DNA from: Thermoanaerobaculia bacterium
GTDB taxonomy: Bacteria > Acidobacteriota > Thermoanaerobaculia > Multivoradales > Multivoraceae
Direction of reading: 5' to 3'
Assembly (NCBI GenBank): GCA_963666565.1
Contig: OY762911.1
Span: 160,001 to 224,000, forward strand
Length of the DNA stretch: 64,000 nucleotides
Shown: positions 59,627 to 64,000 of the stretch, in pieces
Numbering within the stretch: position 1 is the stretch's first letter
Layout: the number at the start of each line of letters is the position of its first letter
Position numbers and translations under genes: made by a program
Notes under the pieces: model-generated
The model's input: only the letters and a program-made list of their open reading frames with translations
Told to the model about the DNA's origin: nothing
The model's database searches: none

Positions 59627-60175
59627 TCAACTCGCGAACGGCATGCCGAGGCCGCGCAGCAGGTGCAGCGCCTGGGCGTCCGACTCGGCCGACGTGACCA
59701 GCGTCACGTTGATTCCCTTGGAGCCGTCGCTCTTCGAGTAGTCGACCTCGGGAAAGATGAGGTGATCGCGAATGCCCAGGGTGTAGCTGCCCCGGCCGTC
59801 GAAACTCCGGTCCGAAATGCCGCGGAAGTCCCGCACCCGCGGCAGCGCGACGGTGATCAGCCGGTCGAGGAAGTACCACATCCGGTTGCGGCGCAGCGTC
59901 ACGCGGCAGCCGATCGGCATGCCCGCGCGCAGCTTGAAGGCGGCGATCGACTTGCGGGCGCGGGTGATCACGGGCTGCTGCCCGGCGATCGACGCCAGCT
60001 CGGGCACCGCGTTCTCCAGCACCTTGATGTTCTGGATCGCTTCGCCGATGCCCATGTTGAGGACGATCTTCTCCAGCCGCGGCACCGCCATCGGGTTGGC
60101 GATGCCGAACTCCTGCTGGAGGCTCGTCACGACCTCCTCCTGGTACAGGGTCTTCAATCGGGGAACCATCGTCAT
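59627..60175 (-). CDS. rplE: 50S ribosomal protein L5
   Basis: [35 protein letters not shown]. Confidence 0.98.
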   Translation of the reverse strand: MTMVPRLKTLYQEEVVTSLQQEFGIANPMAVPRLEKIVLNMGIGEAIQNIKVLENAVPELASIAGQQPVITRARKSIAAFKLRAGMPIGCRVTLRRNRMWYFLDRLITVALPRVRDFRGISDRSFDGRGSYTLGIRDHLIFPEVDYSKSDGSKGINVTLVTSAESDAQALHLLRGLGMPFAS

Positions 60176-60179
60176 GTCC

Positions 60180-60521
60180 TCAGCTCAGCACCGCGCCGCT
60201 GACCTTCGCGTAGCGGGTCAGCTTGCCGTCCTCGAGGCGGCGCCGCCCGACCCGCGTCGGCTTGTCCGTGTCCGGGCAGATCACCATCAGGTTCGAGATG
60301 TGGATCGGCGCCTCCCGCTCCAGGATGCCGCCCTGGACCTGGCGTTGCGGGTTCGGCCGCTCGTGCTTCTTGACCATGTTGACGCGCTCGACGATGGCCC
60401 GCTCCGAACCCGGGAGCACGCGCAGCACCCGGCTGCGCGTGCCGCGGTTGCGGCCCGCGATGACCAGGACTTCGTCGCCCTTCTTGATCTTCGGTCTCTT
60501 CCTGTCCTTCGCCCTGGGCAC
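60180..60521 (-). CDS. rplX: 50S ribosomal protein L24
   Basis: [18 protein letters not shown]. Confidence 0.96.
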   Translation of the reverse strand: MPRAKDRKRPKIKKGDEVLVIAGRNRGTRSRVLRVLPGSERAIVERVNMVKKHERPNPQRQVQGGILEREAPIHISNLMVICPDTDKPTRVGRRRLEDGKLTRYAKVSGAVLS

Positions 60522-60522
60522 G

Positions 60523-60891
60523 TCAGATCACCTCCGGCGCCAGCGACACGATCCGCATGAAGCGGCGCTCGCGCAGTTCCCGGGCAACCGGCCCGAAGAC
60601 ACGGGTGCCGATCGGCTCGCGGGCCTCGTTGATCAGGACCGCGGCGTTGTTGTCGAACCGGATGTAGCTGCCGTCCCGCCGGCGGCGCTCCTTGCGGGTG
60701 CGCACGATGACCGCGCGGACCACCTGGCCCTTCTTGACGGCGCCTTCGGGCGTCGCCTCCTTGACCGAGGCCGTGATCACGTCGCCCAGTACGCCGTACT
60801 GGCCCGAAGAACCGCCCCGCAGCTTGATGCAGGAGATGCGCTTCGCGCCGGAGTTGTCGGCGACGTCGAGCATCGTTCCCATCTGGATCAT
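60523..60891 (-). CDS. rplN: 50S ribosomal protein L14
   Basis: [31 protein letters not shown]. Confidence 0.98.
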   Translation of the reverse strand: MIQMGTMLDVADNSGAKRISCIKLRGGSSGQYGVLGDVITASVKEATPEGAVKKGQVVRAVIVRTRKERRRRDGSYIRFDNNAAVLINEAREPIGTRVFGPVARELRERRFMRIVSLAPEVI

Positions 60892-60899
60892 GGTCCCGC

Positions 60900-61184
60900 C
60901 TACCCTTCCGCCCGCTTGACGACCCGCTGCACGCGCCAGCGCTTCCGGCGCGAGATCGGCCGGGTCGAGACGAGGGACACGATGTCTCCCTCGCGGCAGT
61001 CGTTCGCCTCGTCGTGGGCGAGGAAGCGGGACGACTTCTTCATCAGCCGGTGGTACAGCCGATGCATGACCGTCTTCTCGACCGCCACGACGACAGTCTT
61101 GTCCATCTTCGCGCTCACGACCTTGCCTACCCGGACCTGCCGGCGGCCGCGCGGCGCCTGTTGCTCAGCGTTCATGTCATTCAC
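60900..61184 (-). CDS. rpsQ: 30S ribosomal protein S17
   Basis: [25 protein letters not shown]. Confidence 0.96.
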   Translation of the reverse strand: MNDMNAEQQAPRGRRQVRVGKVVSAKMDKTVVVAVEKTVMHRLYHRLMKKSSRFLAHDEANDCREGDIVSLVSTRPISRRKRWRVQRVVKRAEG

Positions 61185-61368
61185 TTCGCCTCTCCCGCAG
61201 AACGGTCAGAACCCGCGCCAGGTCGACCCGGGCGTTCCTGATCCTGCTCGGCTTCTCGAGCTGTCCGATCGACTTCTGGAGCCGCAGCGCGAACAGCCGG
61301 TCGGCCAGTTCCTCCTCCTTCTGCCGGAGTTCGTCCTCCGTCAACTCCCTGAGTTCGCTAGCCTTCAT
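61177..61368 (-). CDS. rpmC: 50S ribosomal protein L29
   Basis: MKASELR, LF.LR.Q...GQL, AR..T. Confidence 0.95.
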   Translation of the reverse strand: MKASELRELTEDELRQKEEELADRLFALRLQKSIGQLEKPSRIRNARVDLARVLTVLRERRSE

Positions 61369-61381
61369 CGCGCGGTCACCT

Positions 61382-61801
61382 TCACATCCGCACGCCGTGG
61401 CGCGCGACGAACTTCGTCTTGATTCCGAGCTTGTGGGAGGCGAGCCGCATCGCCGACCTGGCGAGTTCCGGCGGCACGCCCTCCAGCTCGTAGAGGATCC
61501 GGGCGGGACGAACGACGGCGACCCACTCCTCGGGGTTGCCCTTGCCCTTGCCCATCCTCGTCTCCAGGGGCTTCTTCGTGATCGGCTTGTCCGGGAAGAT
61601 CCGGATCCAGACCTTGCCCGTCCGCTTGATGTGGCGGGTGATCGCGATTCGCGCGGCCTCGATCTGACGCGCGGTGACCCAGCCGGCCTCCTGCGCCTGC
61701 AGCCCGTACTCGCCGAAGGACACCGTGTTGCCGCCCTTCGCCAGACCGCGGCGGCGGCCGCGGTGGTGCTTGCGGAACTTGACTTTCTTCGGCATCAACA
61801 T
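61382..61801 (-). CDS. rplP: 50S ribosomal protein L16
   Basis: [32 protein letters not shown]. Confidence 0.98.
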   Translation of the reverse strand: MLMPKKVKFRKHHRGRRRGLAKGGNTVSFGEYGLQAQEAGWVTARQIEAARIAITRHIKRTGKVWIRIFPDKPITKKPLETRMGKGKGNPEEWVAVVRPARILYELEGVPPELARSAMRLASHKLGIKTKFVARHGVRM

Positions 61802-61834
61802 CGCTGATCGCTCCTTCGAATCCCCGTGCCGGCC

Positions 61835-62485
61835 CTAGGCGGCGGTCCGGCGGCCGCGCTCGCGCGACAGGTCGCCCCGGTAGACCCAGACCTTCACTCC
61901 GATCACCCCGTAGGTCGTGTACGACTCGGCGAACCCGTAGTCGATGTCGGCCTTCAGGGTGTGCAGCGGCAGACGCCCTTCCTGGTACCACTCGGTACGG
62001 GCGATCTCGTTGCCGCCGAGCCGGCCCGACACCATGATCTTGACGCCCTTGGCGCCGAAGCGGAACGCCGATTCCATCGCCTTCTTCATCGCCCGGCGGA
62101 AGGCGATGCGGCGCAGGAGCTGGTTGGCGATCCCCTCGGCGACGAGCTGGGCGTCGAGCTCGGGACGCTGGATCTCCTGGATGTTGATGTGGACTTCCTG
62201 CCCCATCTGCCGGCTCAGGTCGTCGCGCAGCTTGTCGACCTCCGCGCCCTTGCGGCCGATGATGATGCCGGGGCGCGAGGTGTAGATCGTCACCCGCAGC
62301 TTGTCCGCCGCGCGCTCGATGTCGATCTGGCTGACGCCCGCGTGCATGAGGCGCTTCTTCAGACCGGTGCGGAGTTCGATGTCCGACTTCAGGGTGCCGG
62401 CGTAGTCGCGCTCGGCGTACCAGCGCGAGTGCCAGCCCTGGTTGTAGACCAGCCGAAAACCGTAGGGATGTGTCTTCTGACCCAT
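61835..62485 (-). CDS. rpsC: 30S ribosomal protein S3
   Basis: MGQK.HP.GFRL, RPG.IIG.KG, SGRLGG.EIAR, PLHTL.ADIDY. Confidence 0.98.
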   Translation of the reverse strand: MGQKTHPYGFRLVYNQGWHSRWYAERDYAGTLKSDIELRTGLKKRLMHAGVSQIDIERAADKLRVTIYTSRPGIIIGRKGAEVDKLRDDLSRQMGQEVHINIQEIQRPELDAQLVAEGIANQLLRRIAFRRAMKKAMESAFRFGAKGVKIMVSGRLGGNEIARTEWYQEGRLPLHTLKADIDYGFAESYTTYGVIGVKVWVYRGDLSRERGRRTAA

Positions 62486-62493
62486 GAGCGCTC

Positions 62494-62844
62494 CTAGCCT
62501 GCCCGCTCGCCGCGGGAATCGAGCTTGATCGTGACGTGACTCTGCCGCTTGAGGATCCGGAAGGCGCGTCCCATCGGCTGCGGCCGCAGCCGCTTCAGGG
62601 TGGGCCCGCCGTCGACGAAGATCTCCTTGACGTAGAGCTCGCCCAGGTCGACTTCCGGCGCCCGGTTCTCGGCGTTGGCGACCGCCGACCGGAGCAGCTT
62701 GTAAACCGGCCGCGCCGCCGACTTCGTGCTCAACTGGAGCAGGGTCGAGGCCTCCTCCACATCGCGGCCGCGGATCAGGTCCGCCACCAGGCGCACCTTC
62801 TGCGGCGACGCCTGCAGGTACTTGAGTCGTGCGATCGCTTCCAT
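62494..62844 (-). CDS. rplV: 50S ribosomal protein L22
   Basis: [31 protein letters not shown]. Confidence 0.97.
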   Translation of the reverse strand: MEAIARLKYLQASPQKVRLVADLIRGRDVEEASTLLQLSTKSAARPVYKLLRSAVANAENRAPEVDLGELYVKEIFVDGGPTLKRLRPQPMGRAFRILKRQSHVTIKLDSRGERAG

Positions 62845-62877
62845 CGTTCTCTCTCTGTCTTCCGGTTCCGTTCGTCG

Positions 62878-63165
62878 CTACCGGGGACGCGCCCGGCGCT
62901 CCCGCTTGCCGCCCGCGTGGCCCCGGAAGGTCCGCGTCTGGGCGAACTCTCCGAGCTTGTGGCCGACCATGTTCTCGCTGACGAAGACCGGAATGAACCG
63001 CATGCCGTTGTGAACGGCGACGGTGTGACCCACCATGTCGGGGATGATCGTGGAGCGGCGCGACCAGGTCTTGATGACCCGGCGGTCGCCCGTCGCGTTC
63101 ATCGCCGCCACCTTGTCGTACAGGTGGTTGTCGATGAAGAAGCCCTTCCTGAGTGAACGTCCCAT
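62878..63165 (-). CDS. rpsS: 30S ribosomal protein S19
   Basis: [22 protein letters not shown]. Confidence 0.98.
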   Translation of the reverse strand: MGRSLRKGFFIDNHLYDKVAAMNATGDRRVIKTWSRRSTIIPDMVGHTVAVHNGMRFIPVFVSENMVGHKLGEFAQTRTFRGHAGGKRERRARPR

Positions 63166-63191
63166 GCTGTCCCCCGCTCCGTGCCGCCGGC

Positions 63192-64000
63192 CTACTTGCG
63201 GCGTCCCCGCCGCCGGACGATCATGCCGGTCGTGCGCTTGTTGCTGCGTGTCTTGTAGCCCTTGGTCGGCTTGCCCCAGGGCGTCGTGGGATGCCGCCCG
63301 CCCGACGCCTTGCCCTCGCCGCCGCCCATCGGATGGTCGACCGGGTTCATCGATACGCCGCGGTTGTGCGGCCGCCGGCCCCGCCAGCGGTTCCGGCCCG
63401 CCTTGCCGAGCGAGATGTTCGAGTGCTCCGAGTTGCCGACCTGGCCGATCGTGGCCGAGCAGTCGATGTGGACGCGGCGCACCTCTCCCGAGGGAAGCCG
63501 GACCTGGGCGTAGGACCCCTCCTTCGCCATCAACTGGGCGCCCGCGCCGGCGCTGCGGACCATCTGGCCGCCGGCGCCGATCTTCAGTTCGATGTTGTGG
63601 ACGATCGTGCCGAGGGGGATGAACCGGATCGGCAGGCAGTTGCCGACGTCGATCTCCGCTCCTTCGCCGGACTGCACCGTGGCGCCGACCTTGAGTCCCT
63701 GGGGATGGAGGATGTAGCGCTTCTCGCCGTCGGCGTAGTGCAGCAGCGAGATCAGCGCGGTCCGGTTCGGGTCGTACTCGATGCTGGCCACCTTCGCCGG
63801 CACGCCGACCTTGTCGCGCCGGAAGTCGATCCGCCGGTAGCGGCGCTTGTGGCCGCCGCCGCGGAACCAGATCGTCTGCCAGCCCTTGTTGTTCCGGCCG
63901 CTGATCCGCTTCTTGCCTTCGACCAGAGGCTTGTGCGGCCGGTTCGTCGTGACCTCTTCCCGCCGGGCGTACTCCTGGAAGCGGCTCGCGGGATTCGTCG
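63192..64000 (-). CDS. rplB: 50S ribosomal protein L2, 5'-truncated by window edge
   Basis: [31 protein letters not shown]. Confidence 0.98.
   Translation of the reverse strand, partial: TNPASRFQEYARREEVTTNRPHKPLVEGKKRISGRNNKGWQTIWFRGGGHKRRYRRIDFRRDKVGVPAKVASIEYDPNRTALISLLHYADGEKRYILHPQGLKVGATVQSGEGAEIDVGNCLPIRFIPLGTIVHNIELKIGAGGQMVRSAGAGAQLMAKEGSYAQVRLPSGEVRRVHIDCSATIGQVGNSEHSNISLGKAGRNRWRGRRPHNRGVSMNPVDHPMGGGEGKASGGRHPTTPWGKPTKGYKTRSNKRTTGMIVRRRGRRK

Overview
High-GC bacterial chromosomal segment, most consistent with an Acidobacteriota (Thermoanaerobaculia-like) genome; this is inferred from protein style, not from a database search. 1-10 kb: accessory catabolic and secreted-protein genes (SDR, FAD monooxygenase, truncated esterase, enolase-superfamily enzyme, M60-like peptidase with a duplicated Cys-containing domain, FG-GAP fusion). 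10-26 kb: lipB-lipA-putB-[vapBC]-proC-recN, a TonB receptor/cyclophilin/XRE-cupin/hydantoinase A-B island, a second vapBC and a patatin. 26-48 kb: core genes (fbaB, prfB with +1 frameshift, lnt, SPOR, SPFH/NfeD, tRNA-Pro, rodZ, large GreA fusion, gatCA, amidase, lexA, M16 pair, EF-G2). 48.6-52 kb: a BsuBI/PstI-like type II R-M pair plus a GIY-YIG/RAMA gene. 52-64 kb: the S10-spc-alpha ribosomal cluster, lacking rpsN, map and rpsD. The most notable unexplained structure is a family of roughly 160-190 nt intergenic elements with long covarying closing stems and a conserved core of 106-108 nt. Two copies bracket the defence cassette in inverted orientation and a diverged third copy lies at 26.1 kb. 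A REP-like hairpin family is scattered through the window and lies close to all three.
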